From Paragordius varius (Eukaryota > Animalia > Nematomorpha), in the NCBI GenBank assembly GCA_964247055.1, contig OZ176052.1, positions 6,882,001 through 6,946,000 on the forward strand: a stretch of DNA of 64,000 bases, read 5' to 3'. The notes under the pieces were generated by a model. It searched no databases and was not told the DNA's origin. It saw nothing but the letters and a program-made list of their open reading frames with translations. Shown here piece by piece: positions 1 through 15,152 of the stretch; position 1 is the stretch's first letter, and each line of letters opens with the position of its first letter. A program made the position numbers and the translations under genes.

Positions 1-3000
1 ATTTTAGTATTTCCAACAATCAACCAAATATTTTCAACAATCAATATGTATTAACCATTAATATTTTAGTCTTTCCAACAACCATATATTTTCAACAATT
101 AAATTATATCACCATTAATATTTTAGTCTTTCCAACAATCAACGATATAATTTCAACAATCAATATCTATTACTTATTAATAATTTAGACTTTCCAACAA
201 TCAACCATATATTTTCAACAATTAAATTATATCACCATTAATATTTTAGCCTTTCCAACAATCAACCATATATTTTCAACAAACAAATTATATCACCATT
301 AATATTTTAGTGTTTCCAACAATCAACCATATATTTTCAACAATCAAATTCAATCACCTATTAATATTTTAGTATTTCCAACAATCAACCATATAATTTC
401 AACAATCAATATGTATTACCCATTAATATTTTAGTCTTTTCAACAATCAACCGTATATTTTCAACAATCAAATTATATCACCCATTAATATTTTAGTATT
501 TCCAACAATCAACCATATATTTTCAACAATCAAATTCAATCACCTATTAATATTTTAGTATTTCCAACAATCAACCAAATATTTTCAACAATCAATATGT
601 ATTAACCATTAATATTTTAGTCTTTCCAACAATCAACCATATATTTTTAACAAACAAATTATATCACCATTAATATTTTAGTGTTTCCAACAATCAACCA
701 TATATTTTCAACAATCAAATTCAATCACCTATTAATATTTTAGTATTTCCAACAATCAACCAAATATTTTCAACAATCAATATGTATTAACCATTAATAT
801 TTTAGTCTTTCCAACAACCATATATTTTCAACAATTAAATTATATCACCATTAATATTTTAGTCTTTCCAACAATCAACGATATAATTTCAACAATCAAT
901 ATCTATTACTTATTAATAATTTAGACTTTCCAACAATCAACCATATATTTTCAACAATTAAATTATATCACCATTAATATTTTAGTCTTTCCAACAATCA
1001 ACCATATATTTTCAACAATCAATATGTATTACCCATTAATATTTTAGTCTTTCCAACAATCAACCATATATTTTCAACAATATTATGTATTACCCATTAA
1101 TATTTTAGTTTTTTCAACAATCAACCATATATTTTCAACAATCAAATTACATCACCCATTAATATTTTAGTATTTCCAACAATCAACCATATATTTTCAA
1201 CAATTAAATTATATCACCATTAATATTTTAGTCTTTCCAACAATCAACCATATATTTTCAACAATCAATATGTATTACCCATTAATATTTTAGTCTTTTC
1301 AACAATCAACCATATATTTTCAACAATTAAATTATATCACCATTAGTATTTTAGTCTTTCCAACAATCAACCATATAATTTCAACAATCAATATGTATTA
1401 CCCATTAATATTTTAGTCTTTTCAACAATCAACCGTATATTTTCAACAATCAAATTATATCACCCATTAATATTTTAGTATTTCCAACAATCAACCATAT
1501 ATTTTCAACAATCAAATTCAATCACCTATTAATATTTTAGTATTTCCAACAATCAACCAAATATTTTCAACAATCAATATGTATTAACCATTAATATTTT
1601 AGTCTTTTCAACAATCAAACATATATTTTCAACAATCAATATGTATTACTCATTAATATTTTAGTCTTTCCAACAATCAACGATATAATTTCAACAATCA
1701 ATATCTATTACTTATTAATATTTTAGACTTTCCAACAATCAACCAAATATTTTCAACAATCAATATGTATTACCCATTAATATTTTATTTCCAACAATCA
1801 ACCATATATTTTCAACAATTAAATTATATCACCATTAGTATTTTAGTCTTTCCAACAATCAACCATATAATTTCAACAATCAATATGTATTACCCATTAA
1901 TATTTTAGTCTTTTCAACAATCAACCATATATATTCAACAATCAAATTATATCACCATTAATATTTTAGTATTTCCAACAATCAACCATATATTTTCAAC
2001 AATCAAATTCAATCACCTATTAATATTTTAGTATTTCCAACAATCAACCAAATATTTTCAACAATCAATATGTATTAACCATTAATATTTTAGTCTTTCC
2101 AACAACCATATATTTTCAACAATTAAATTATATCACCATTAATATTTTAGTCTTTCCAACAATCAACCAAATATTTTCAACAATCAATATGTATTAACCA
2201 TTAATATTTTAGTCTTTCCAACAATCAACCATATATTTTCAACAATTAAATTATATCACCATTAGTATTTTAGTCTTTCCAACAATCAACCATATAATTT
2301 CAACAATCAATATGTATTACCCATTAATATTTTAGTCTTTTCAACAATCAACCGTATATTTTCAACAATCAAATTATATCACCCATTAATATTTTATTAT
2401 TTCCAACAATCAACCATGTATTTTCAACAATCAAATTCAATCACCTATTAATATTTTAGTATTTCCAACAATCAACCAAATATTTTCATCAATCAATATT
2501 TATTAACCATTAATATTTTAGCCTTTCCAACAATCAACCATATATTTTCAACAAACAAATTATATCACCATTTTTTAGTCTTTCCAACAATCAACCATAT
2601 ATTTTCAACAATCAATATGTATTACCCATTAATATTTTAGTCTTTCCAACAATCAACCATATATTTTCAACAATATTATGTATTACCCATTAATATTTTA
2701 GTTTTTTCAACAATCAACCATATATTTTCAACAATCAAATTATATCACCCATTAATATTTTAGTATTTCCAACAATCAACCATATATTTTCAACAATTAA
2801 ATTATATCACCATTAATATTTTAGTCTTTCCAACAATCAACCATATATTTTCAACAATCAATATGTATTACCCATTAATATTTTAGTCTTTTCAACAATC
2901 AACCATATATTTTCAACAATTAAATTATATCACCATTAGTATTTTAGTCTTTCCAACAATCAACCATATAATTTCAACAATCAATATGTATTACCCATTA

Positions 3001-6000
3001 ATATTTTAGTCTTTTCAACAATCAACCGTATATTTTCAACAATCAAATTATATCACCCATTAATATTTTAGTATTTCCAACAATCAACCATATATTTTCA
3101 ACAATCAAATTCAATCACCTATTAATATTTTAGTATTTCCAACAATCAACCAAATATTTTCAACAATCAATATGTATTAACCATTAATATTTTAGTCTTT
3201 CCAACAATCAACCATATATTTTTAACAAACAAATTATATCACCATTAATATTTTAGTGTTTCCAACAATCAACCATATATTTTCAACAATCAAATTCAAT
3301 CACCTATTAATATTTTAGTATTTCCAACAATCAACCAAATATTTTCAACAATCAATATGTATTAACCATTAATATTTTAGTCTTTCCAACAACCATATAT
3401 TTTCAACAATTAAATTATATCACCATTAATATTTTAGTCTTTCCAACAATCAACGATATAATTTCAACAATCAATATCTATTACTTATTAATAATTTAGA
3501 CTTTCCAACAATCAACCATATATTTTCAACAATTAAATTATATCACCATTAATATTTTAGCCTTTCCAACAATCAACCATATATTTTCAACAAACAAATT
3601 ATATCACCATTAATATTTTAGTCTTTCCAACAATCAACCATATATTTTCAACAATATTATGTATTACCCATTAATATTTTAGTTTTTTCAACAATCAACC
3701 ATATATTTTCAACAATCAAATTACATCACCCATTAATATTTTAGTATTTCCAACAATCAACCATATATTTTCAACAATTAAATTATATCACCATTAATAT
3801 TTTAGTCTTTCCAACAATCAACCATATATTTTCAACAATCAATATGTATTACCCATTAATATTTTAGTCTTTTCAACAATCAATCATATATTTTCAACAA
3901 TTAAATTATATCACCATTAGTATTTTAGTCTTTCCAACAATCAACCATATAATTTCAACAATCAATATGTATTACCCATTAATATTTTAGTCTTTTCAAC
4001 AATCAACCGTATATTTTCAACAATCAAATTATATCACCCATTAATATTTTAGTATTTCCAACAATCAACCATATATTTTCAACAATCAAATTCAATCACC
4101 TATTAATATTTTAGTATTTCCAACAATCAACCAAATATTTTCAACAATCAATATGTATTAACCATTAATATTTTAGTCTTTCCAACAATCAACCATATAT
4201 TTTTAACAAACAAATTATATCACCATTAATATTTTAGTATTTCCAACAATCAACCATATATTTTCAACAATCAAATTTAATCACCTATTAATATTTTAGT
4301 ATTTCCAACAATCAACCAAATATTTTCAACAATCAATATGTATTAACCATTAATATTTTAGTCTTTCCAACAACCATATATTTTCAATAATTAAATTATA
4401 TCACCATTAATATTTTAGTCTTTCCAACAATCAACGATATAATTTCAACAATCAATATCTATTACTTATTAATAATTTAGACTTTCCAACAATCAACCAT
4501 ATATTTTCAACAATTAAATTATATCACCATTAATATTTTAGTCTTTCCAACAATCAAACATATAATTTCAACAATCAATATGTATTACCCATTAATATTT
4601 TAGTCTTTTCAACAATCAACCGTATATTTTCAACAATCAAATTATATCACCCATTAATATTTTAGTATTTCCAACAATCAACCATATATTTTCAACAATC
4701 AAATTCAATCACCTATTAATATTTTAGTATTTCCAACAATCAACCAAATATTTTCAACAATCAATATGTATTAACCATTAATATTTTAGTCTTTCCAACA
4801 ATCAACCATATATTTTTAACAAACAAATTATATCACCATTAATATTTTAGTATTTCCAACAATCAACCATATATTTTCAACAATCAAATTCAATCACCTA
4901 TTAATATTTTAGTATTTCCAACAATCAACCAAATATTTTCAACAATCAATATGTATTAACCATTAATATTTTAGTCTTTCCAACAACCATATATTTTCAA
5001 TAATTAAATTATATCACCATTAATATTTTAGTCTTTCCAACAATCAACGATATAATTTCAACAATCAATATCTATTACTTATTAATAATTTAGACTTTCC
5101 AACAATCAACCATATATTTTCAACAATTAAATTATATCACCATTAATATTTTAGTCTTTCCAACAATCAAACATATAATTTCAACAATCAATATGTATTA
5201 CCCATTAATATTTTAGTCTTTTCAACAATCAACCGTATATTTTCAACAATCAAATTATATCACCCATTAATTTTTTAGTATTTCCAACAATCAACCACAT
5301 ATTTTCAACAATTAAATTATATCACCATTAATATTTTAGTCTTTCCAACATTCAACCATATAATTTCAACAATCAATATGTATTACCCATTAATATTTTA
5401 GTCTTTTCAACAAACAACCGTATATTTTCAACAATTATATTATATCACCCATTAATATTTTAGTATTTCCAACAATCAACCAAATATTTTCAACAATCAA
5501 TATGTATTAACCATTAATATTTTAGTCTTTCCAACAATCAACCATATATTTCCAACAAACAAATTATATCACCATTAATATTTTAGTCTTTTCAACAATC
5601 AACCGTATATTTTCAACAATCAAATTATATCACCCATTAATATTTTAGTATTTCCAACAATCAACCAAATATTTTCAACAATCAAATGATATCACCATTA
5701 ATATTTTAGTCTTTTCAACAATCAACCGTATATTTTCAACAATCAAATTATATCACCCATTAATATTTTAGTCTTTCCAACAATCAACGATATATTTTCA
5801 ACAATCAATATGTATTACCCATTAATATTTTTGTCTTTTCAACAATCAACCATATATTTTCAACAATCAATATGTATTACCCATTAATATTTTATTTCCA
5901 ACAATCAACCAAATATTTTCAACAATCAATATGTATTACTCATTAATATTTTAGTCTTTCCAACAATCAACGATATAATTTCAACAATCAATATCTATTA

Positions 6001-9000
6001 CTTATTAATATTTTAGACTTTCCAACAATCAACCAAATATTTTCAACAATCAATATGTATTACCCATTAATATTTTATTTCCAACAATCAACCATATATT
6101 TTCAACAATTAAATTATATCACCATTAGTATTTTAGTCTTTCCAACAATCAACCATATAATTTCAACAATCAATATGTATTACCCATTAATATTTTAGTC
6201 TTTTCAACAATCAACCGTATATTTTCAACAATCAAATTATATCACCCATTAATATTTTAGTATTTCCAACAATCAACCATATATTTTCAACAATCAAATT
6301 CAATCACCTATTAATATTTTAGTATTTCCAACAATCAACCAAATATTTTCAACAATCAATATGTATTAACCATTAATATTTTAGTCTTTCCAACAATCAA
6401 CCATATATTTTTAACAAACAAATTATATCACCATTAATATTTTAGTATTTCCAACAATCAACCATATATTTTCAACAATCAAATTTAATCACCTATTAAT
6501 ATTTTAGTATTTCCAACAATCAACCAAATATTTCAACAATCAATATGTATTAACCATTAATATTTTAGTCTTTCCAACAACCATATATTTTCAACAATTA
6601 AATTATATCACCATTAATATTTTAGTCTTTCCAACAATCAACGATATAATTTCAACAATCAATATCTATTACTTATTAATAATTTAGACTTTCCAACAAT
6701 CAACCATATATTTTCAACAATTAAATTATATCACCATTAATATTTTAGCCTTTCCAACAATCAACCATATATTTTCAACAAACAAATTATATCACCATTA
6801 ATATTTTAGTCTTTCCAACAATCAACCATATATTTTCAACAATCAATATGTATTACCCATTAATATTTTAGTCTTTCCAACAATCAACCATATATTTTCA
6901 ACAATATTCTGTATTACCCATTAATATTTTAGTTTTTTCAACAATCAACCATATATTTTCAACAATCAAATTACATCACCCATTAATATTTTAGTATTTC
7001 CAACAATCAACCATATATTTTCAACAATTAAATTATATCACCATTAATATTTTAGTCTTTCCAACAATCAACCATATATTTTCAACAATTAAATTATATC
7101 ACCATTAATATTTTAGTCTTTCCAACAATCAACCATATATTTTCAACAATCAATATGTATTACCCATTAATATTTTAGTCTTTTCAACAATCAACCATAT
7201 ATTTTCAACAATTAAATTATATCACCATTAATATTTTAGTCTTTCCAACAATCAACCATATAATTTCAACAATCAATATGTATTACCCATTAATATTTTA
7301 GTCTTTTCAACAATCAACCGTATATTTTCAACAATCAAATTATATCACCCATTAATATTTTAGTATTTCCAACAATCAACCATATATTTTCAACAATCAA
7401 ATTCAATCACCTATTAATATTTTAGTATTTCCAACAATCAACCAAATATTTTCAACAATCAATATGTATTAACCATTAATATTTTAGTCTTTCCAACAAT
7501 CAACCATATATTTTTAACAAACAAATTATATCACCATTAATATTTTAGTATTTCCAACAATCAACCATATATTTTCAACAATCAAATTCAATCACCTATT
7601 AATATTTTAGTATTTCCAACAATCAACCAAATATTTTCAACAATCAATATGTATTAACCATTAATATTTTAGTCTTTCCAACAACCATATATTTTCAACA
7701 ATTAAATTATATCACCATTAATATTTTAGTCTTTCCAACAATCAACGATATAATTTCAACAATCACTTTCTATTACTTATTAATAATTTAGACTTTCCAA
7801 CAATCAACCATATATTTTCAACAATTAAATTATATCACCATTAATATTTTAGTCTTTCCAACAATCAAACATATAATTTCAACAATCAATATGTATTACC
7901 CATTAATATTTTAGTCTTTTCAACAATCAACCGTATATTTTCAACAATCAAATTATATCACCCATTAATTTTTTAGTATTTCCAACAATCAACCATATAT
8001 TTTCAACAATTAAATTATATCACCCTTAATATTTTAGTCTTTCCAACATTCAACCATATAATTTCAACAATCAATATGTATTACCCATTAATATTTTAGT
8101 CTTTTCAACAATCAACCGTATATTTTCAACAATTATATTATATCACCCATTAATATTTTAGTATTTCCAACAATCAACCAAATATTTTCAACAATCAATA
8201 TGTATTAACCATTAATATTTTAGTCTTTCCAACAATCAACCATATATTTCCAACAAACAATTTATATCACCATTAATATTTTAGTCTTTTCAACAATCAA
8301 CCGTATATTTTCAACAATCAAATTATATCACCCATTAATATTTTAGTATTTCCAACAATCAACCAAATATTTTCAACAATCAAATGATATCACCATTAAT
8401 ATTTTAGTCTTTTCAACAATCAACCGTATATTTTCTACAATCAAATTATATCACCCATTAATATTTTAGTCTTTCCAACAACCATATATTTTCAACAATT
8501 AAATTATATCACCATTATTATTTTAGTCTTTCCAACAATCAACGATATATTTTCAACAATCAATATGTATTACCCATTAATATTTTTGTCTTTTCAACAA
8601 TCAACCATATATTTTCAACAATCAATATGTATTACCCATTAATATTTTATTTCCAACAATCAACCAAATATTTTCAACAATCAATATGTATTACTCATTA
8701 ATATTTTAGTCTTTCCAACAATCAACGATATAATTTCAACAATCAATATCTATTACTTATTAATATTTTAGACTTTCCAACAATCAACCAAATATTTTCA
8801 ACAATCAATATGTATTACCCATTAATATTTTATTTCCAACAATCAACCAAATATTTTCAACAATCAATATGTATTACTCATTAATATTTTAGTCTTTCCA
8901 ACAATCAACGATATAATTTCAACAATCAATATCTATTACTTATTAATATTTTAGACTTTCCAACAATCAACCAAATATTTCAACAATCAATATGTATTAC

Positions 9001-9240
9001 CCATTAATATTTTAGTCTTTTCAACAATCAACCATATATTTTCAACAATCAAATTATATCTCCCATTAATATTTTAGTCTTTTCAACAATCAACCATATA
9101 TTTTCAACAATCAAATTATATCACCCATTAATATTTTAGTATTTCCCACAATCAACCAAATATTTTTAACAATCCATATGTATTTCCCATTAATATTTTA
9201 GTCTTTCCAACAATCAACCAAATATTTTCAACAATCAAAT
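1..9240 (+). repeat. Sub-array 1 (left layer) with its own set of monomer variants
   Basis: Enriched in CAAATTCAATCACCTATT, CAACGATATAATTTC...ATCTATTACTTATT...AGACT, AACCGTAT and the 4-bp-deleted CCAACAACCATAT. It has no 76-bp insertion monomer (the first is at 9290). Confidence 0.8.
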
Positions 9241-11400
9241 TATATCACCTATTAAGGTTTTAGTCTTTCCAACAATCAACCATATATTTGTAATCAAATA
9301 TTTGCAACAATCATTTTATACCACCCATTTATATTTAATTATTCAAACAATCAACCATATATTTTTAAGAATCAATATGTATTACCCATTAATATTTTAA
9401 TCTTTCCAACATTCAACCATTTATTTTCAACAAACAATATGGTTTACCCATTAATATTTTAGTCTTTCCAACAATCAACCAAATATTTTCAACAATCAAT
9501 ATGTATTACCCATTATTAGTCTTTTCAACAATAAACCATATATTTTCAACAATCAAATTATATCACCCATTAATATTTTAGTATTTCCAACAATCAATCA
9601 AATATTTTCAACAATCAATATGGTTTACCCATTAATATTTTAGTCTTTCCAACAATCAACCATATATTTTCAACAATCAATATGTATTACCCATTAATAT
9701 TTTAGTCTTTCCAACAATTAACCAAATATTTTCAACAATCAATATGTATTACCCATTAATATTTTAGTATTTCCAACAATCAACCAAATATTTTCAACAA
9801 ATATGTATTACCCATAATATTTTAGTCTTTCCAACAATCAACCATATATATTCAACAATCAAATTATATCACCATTAATATTTTAGTCTTTCCAACAATC
9901 AACGATATATTTTCAACAATCAATATGTATTACCCATTAATATTTTAGTCTTTACAACAATCAACCAAATATTTTCAACAATCAATATGTATTACCCATT
10001 AATATTTTAGTTTTTTCAACAATCAACCATATATTTTCAACAATCAAATTATATCACCCATTAATATTTTAGTATTTCCAACAATCAACCAAATATTTTC
10101 AACAATCAATATGTATTACCCATTAATATTTTAGTCTTTCCAACAATCAACCATATATTTTCAACAATTAAATTATATCACTTATAATATTTTAGTCTTT
10201 CCAACAATCAACCATATATTTTCAACAATCAATATGTATTACCCATTAATATTTTAGTCTTTCCAACAATCAACCATATAATTTCAACAAATATGTATAA
10301 CCCATAATATTTTAGTCTTTCCAACAATCAACCATATATATTCAACAATCAAATTATATCACCATTAATATTTTAGTCTTTCCAACAATCAACCATATAT
10401 TTTCAACAATTAAATTATATCACCATTAATATTTTAGTCTTTCCAACAATCAACCATATAATTTCAACAATCAATATGTATTACTTATTAATATTTTAGA
10501 CTTTCCAACAATCAACCATATATTTTCAACAATCAATATGTATTACCCATTAATATTTTATTTAAAACAATCAACCAAATATTTTCAACAAACAAATTAT
10601 ATCACCCATTAATATTTTAGTATTTCCAACAATCAACCAAATATTTTAAACAATCAATATGTATTAACCATTAATATTTTAGTCTTTCCAACAATCAACC
10701 ATATATTTTCAACAATTAAATTATATCACCATTAATATTTTAGTATTTCCAACAATCAACCAAATATTTTCAACAATCAATATGTATAACCCATTAATAT
10801 TTTAGTCTTTCCAACAATCAACCATATATTTTCAACAATTAAATTATATCACCATTAATATTTTAGTCTTTCCAACAATCAACCATATAATTTCAACAAT
10901 CAATATGTATTACTTATTAATATTTTAGACTTTCCAACAATCAACCATATATTTTCAACAATCAATATGTATTACCCATTAATATTTTATTTAAAACAAT
11001 CAACCAAATATCTTCAACAAACAAATTATATCACCCAGTAATATTTTAGTATTTCCAACAATCAACCAAATATTTTCAACAAATATGTATTACCCATAAT
11101 ATTTTAGTCTTTCCAACAATCAACCATATATATTCAACAATCAAATTATATCACCATTAATATTTTAGTCTTTCCAACAATCAACCATATATTTTCAACA
11201 ATCAATATGTATTACCCATTAATATTTTAGTTTTTTCAACGATCAACCATATTATTTCAACAATCAAATTATATCACCCATTTATATTTTAGTATTTCCA
11301 ACAATCAACCAAATATTTTCAACAATCAATATGTATTACCCATTAATATTTTGTCTTTCCAACAATCAACCATATATTTTCAACAATTAAATTATATCAC

Positions 11401-11536
11401 CATTAATATTTTAGTCTTTCCAACAATCAACCATATATTTGTAATCAAATATTTGCAACAATCATTTTATACCACCCATTTATATTTAATTAATCAAACA
11501 ATCAACCATATATTTTTAACAATCAAAATTTATCAC
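11401..11536 (+). repeat. Representative 76-bp insertion monomer plus 60-bp diverged partner monomer (about 46 copies in the window)
   Basis: CATT at 11401, 11477 and 11537 gives units of 76 and 60 bp. The insert GTAATCAAATATTT (11441-11454) follows CATATATTT, then ...CATTTTATACCACCCATTTATATTTAATT. Confidence 0.9.
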
Positions 11537-12660
11537 CATTAATATTTTAGTCTTTCCAACAATCAACCATATATTTTCAACAATCAATATGGTTTACCCA
11601 TTAATATTTTAGTCTTTCCAACAATTAATCAAATATTTTCAACAATCAATATGTATTACCCATCAATATTTTAGTTTTTTCAACAATCAACCAAATATTT
11701 TCAACAATCAAATTATATCACCATTAATATTTTAGTCTTTTCAACAATCAACCGTATATTTTCAACAATCAAATTATATCACCCATTAATATTTTAGTCT
11801 TTCCAACAACCATATATTTTCAACAATTAAATTATATCACCATTATTATTTTAGTCTTTCCAACAATCAACGATATATTTTCAACAATCAATATGTATTA
11901 CCCATTAATATTTTTGTCTTTTCAACAATCAACCATATATTTTCAACAATCAATATGTATTACCCATTAATATTTTATTTCCAACAATCAACCAAATATT
12001 TTCAACAATCAATATGTATTACTCATTAATATTTTAGTCTTTCCAACAATCAACGATATAATTTCCACAATCAATATCTATTACTTATTAATATTTTAGA
12101 CTTTCCAACAATCAACCAAATATTTTCAACAATCAATATGTATTACCCATTAATATTTTATTTCCAACAATCAACCAAATATTTTCAACAATCAATATGT
12201 ATTACTCATTAATATTTTAGTCTTTCCAACAATCAACGATATAATTTCAACAATCAATATCTATTACTTAATAATATTTTAGACTTTCCAACAATCAACC
12301 AAATATTTTCAACAATCAATATGTATTACCCATTAATATTTTAGTCTTTTCAACAATCAACCATATATTTTCAACAATCAAATTATATCTCCCATTAATA
12401 TTTTAGTCTTTTCAACAATCAACCATATATTTTCAACAATCAAATTATATCACCCATTAATATTTTAGTATTTCCAACAATCAACCAAATATTTTCAACA
12501 ATCAAATTATATCACCTATTAAGGTTATAGTCTTTCCAACATTCAACCATATATTTGTAATCAAATATTTGCAACAATCATTTTATACCACCCATTTATA
12601 TTTAATTATTCAAACAATCAACCATATTTTTTTAAGAATCAATATGTATTACCCATTAAT

Positions 12661-15152
12661 ATTTTAGTCTTTCCAACAATCAACCAAATATTTTCAACAA
12701 TCAAATTATATCACCTATTAAGGTTATAGTCTTTCCAACATTCAACCATATATTTGTAATCAAATATTTGCAACAATCATTTTATACCACCCATTTATAT
12801 TTAATTATTCAAACAATCAACCATATTTTTTTAAGAATCAATATGTATTACCCATTAATATTTTAATCTTTCCAACAATCAACCAAATATTTTCAACAAT
12901 CAATATGTATTACCCATTATTAGTCTTTTCAACAATAAACCATATATTTTCAACAATCAAATTATATCACCCATTAATATTTTAGTATTTCCAACAATCA
13001 ATCAAATATTTTCAACAATCAATATGGTTTACCCATTAATATTTTAGTCTTTCCAACAATCAACCATATATTTTCAACAATCAATATGTATTACCCATTA
13101 ATATTTTAGTCTTTCCAACAATTAACCAAATATTTTCAACAATCAATATGTATTACCCATTAATATTTTAGTATTTCCAACAATCAACCAAATATTTTCA
13201 ACAATCAATATGTATTACCCATTATTAGTCTTTTCAACAATAAACCATATATTTTCAACAATCAAATTATATCACCCATTAATATTTTAGTATTTCCAAC
13301 AATCAATCAAATATTTTCAACAATCAATATGGTTTACCCATTAATATTTTAGTCTTTCCAACAATCAACCATATATTTTCAACAATCAATATGTATTACC
13401 CATTAATATTTTAGTCTTTCCAACAATTAACCAAATATTTTCAACAATCAATATGTATTACCCATTAATATTTTAGTATTTCCAACAATCAACCAAATAT
13501 TTTCAACAATCAATATGTATTAACCATTAATATTTTAGTCTTTCCAACAATCAACCATATATTTTCAACAAACAAATTATATCTCCCATTAATATTTTAG
13601 TCTTTCCAACAATCAACCAAATATTTTCAACAATCAATATGTATTACCCATTAATATTTTAGTCTTTTCAACAATCAACCAAATATTTTCAACAATCAAT
13701 ATGTATTACCCATCAATATTTTAGTCTTTTCAACAATCAAACATATATTTTCAACAATCAAATTATATCACCATTAATATTTTAGTCTTTCCAACAATCA
13801 ATCATATATTTTCAACAATCAATATGTATTACCCATCAATATTTTAGTATTTTCAACAATCAAACATATATTTTTAACAAACAAATTATATCACCCAGTA
13901 TTATTTTAGTCTTTCCAACAATCAACCAAATATTTTCAACAATCAAATTATATCACCTATTAAGGTTATAGTCTTTCCAACATTCAACCATATATTTGTA
14001 ATCAAATATTTGCAACAATCATTTTATACCACCCATTTATATTTAATTATTCAAACAATCAACCATATTTTTTTAAGAATCAATATGTATTACCCATTAA
14101 TATTTTAATCTTTCCAACAATCAACCAAATATTTTCAACAATCAATATGTATTACCCATTATTAGTCTTTTCAACAATAAACCATATATTTTCAACAATC
14201 AAATTATATCACCCATTAATATTTTAGTATTTCCAACAATCAATCAAATATTTTCAACAATCAATATGGTTTACCCATTAATATTTTAGTCTTTCCAACA
14301 ATCAACCATATATTTTCAACAATCAATATGTATTACCCATTAATATTTTAGTCTTTCCAACAATTAACCAAATATTTTCAACAATCAATATGTATTACCC
14401 ATTAATATTTTAGTATTTCCAACAATCAACCAAATATTTTCAACAATCAATATGTATTACCCATTATTAGTCTTTTCAACAATAAACCATATATTTTCAA
14501 CAATCAAATTATATCACCCATTAATATTTTAGTATTTCCAACAATCAATCAAATATTTTCAACAATCAATATGGTTTACCCATTAATATTTTAGTCTTTC
14601 CAACAATCAACCATATATTTTCAACAATCAATATGTATTACCCATTAATATTTTAGTCTTTCCAACAATTAACCAAATATTTTCAACAATCAATATGTAT
14701 TACCCATTAATATTTTAGTATTTCCAACAATCAACCAAATATTTTCAACAATCAATATGTATTAACCATTAATATTTTAGTCTTTCCAACAATCAACCAT
14801 ATATTTTCAACAAACAAATTATATCTCCCATTAATATTTTAGTCTTTCCAACAATCAACCAAATATTTTCAACAATCAATATGTATTACCCATTAATATT
14901 TTAGTCTTTTCAACAATCAACCAAATATTTTCAACAATCAATATGTATTACCCATCAATATTTTAGTCTTTTCAACAATCAAACATATATTTTCAACAAT
15001 CAAATTATATCACCATTAATATTTTAGTCTTTCCAACAATCAATCATATATTTTCAACAATCAATATGTATTACCCATCAATATTTTAGTATTTTCAACA
15101 ATCAAACATATATTTTTAACAAACAAATTATATCACCCAGTATTATTTTAGT
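12661..15152 (+). repeat. Tandem HOR duplication, 1242-bp unit x2, each containing two 305-bp 5-mers
   Basis: Insertion monomer at 12756/13998 and CATTATTAGTC at 12915/14157 and 13220/14462 (offset 1242). The internal pairs 12915/13220 and 14157/14462 are offset by 305. Confidence 0.85.

Noticed and set aside
6521-9000. Isolated 1-bp deletions in T-runs (e.g. about 6531, about 8990) as real variants
   Set aside because: Single-copy homopolymer indels cannot be distinguished from sequencing error without reads, unlike the deletion shared by four copies.
9290-9330. 14-bp insert as a transposon footprint or miniature element
   Set aside because: There are no terminal inverted repeats or clear target-site duplication. 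The insert resembles a degenerate copy of the monomer's own CAATCAA and ATATTT motifs.
11351-11542. 63-aa ORF MSFQQSTIYFQQL...
   Set aside because: It is created by one A-to-T change (TTTTGTC instead of TTTTAGTC) that provides a TTG start. The homologous block at about 16740 has the usual TTTTAGTC. It is a repeat translation.
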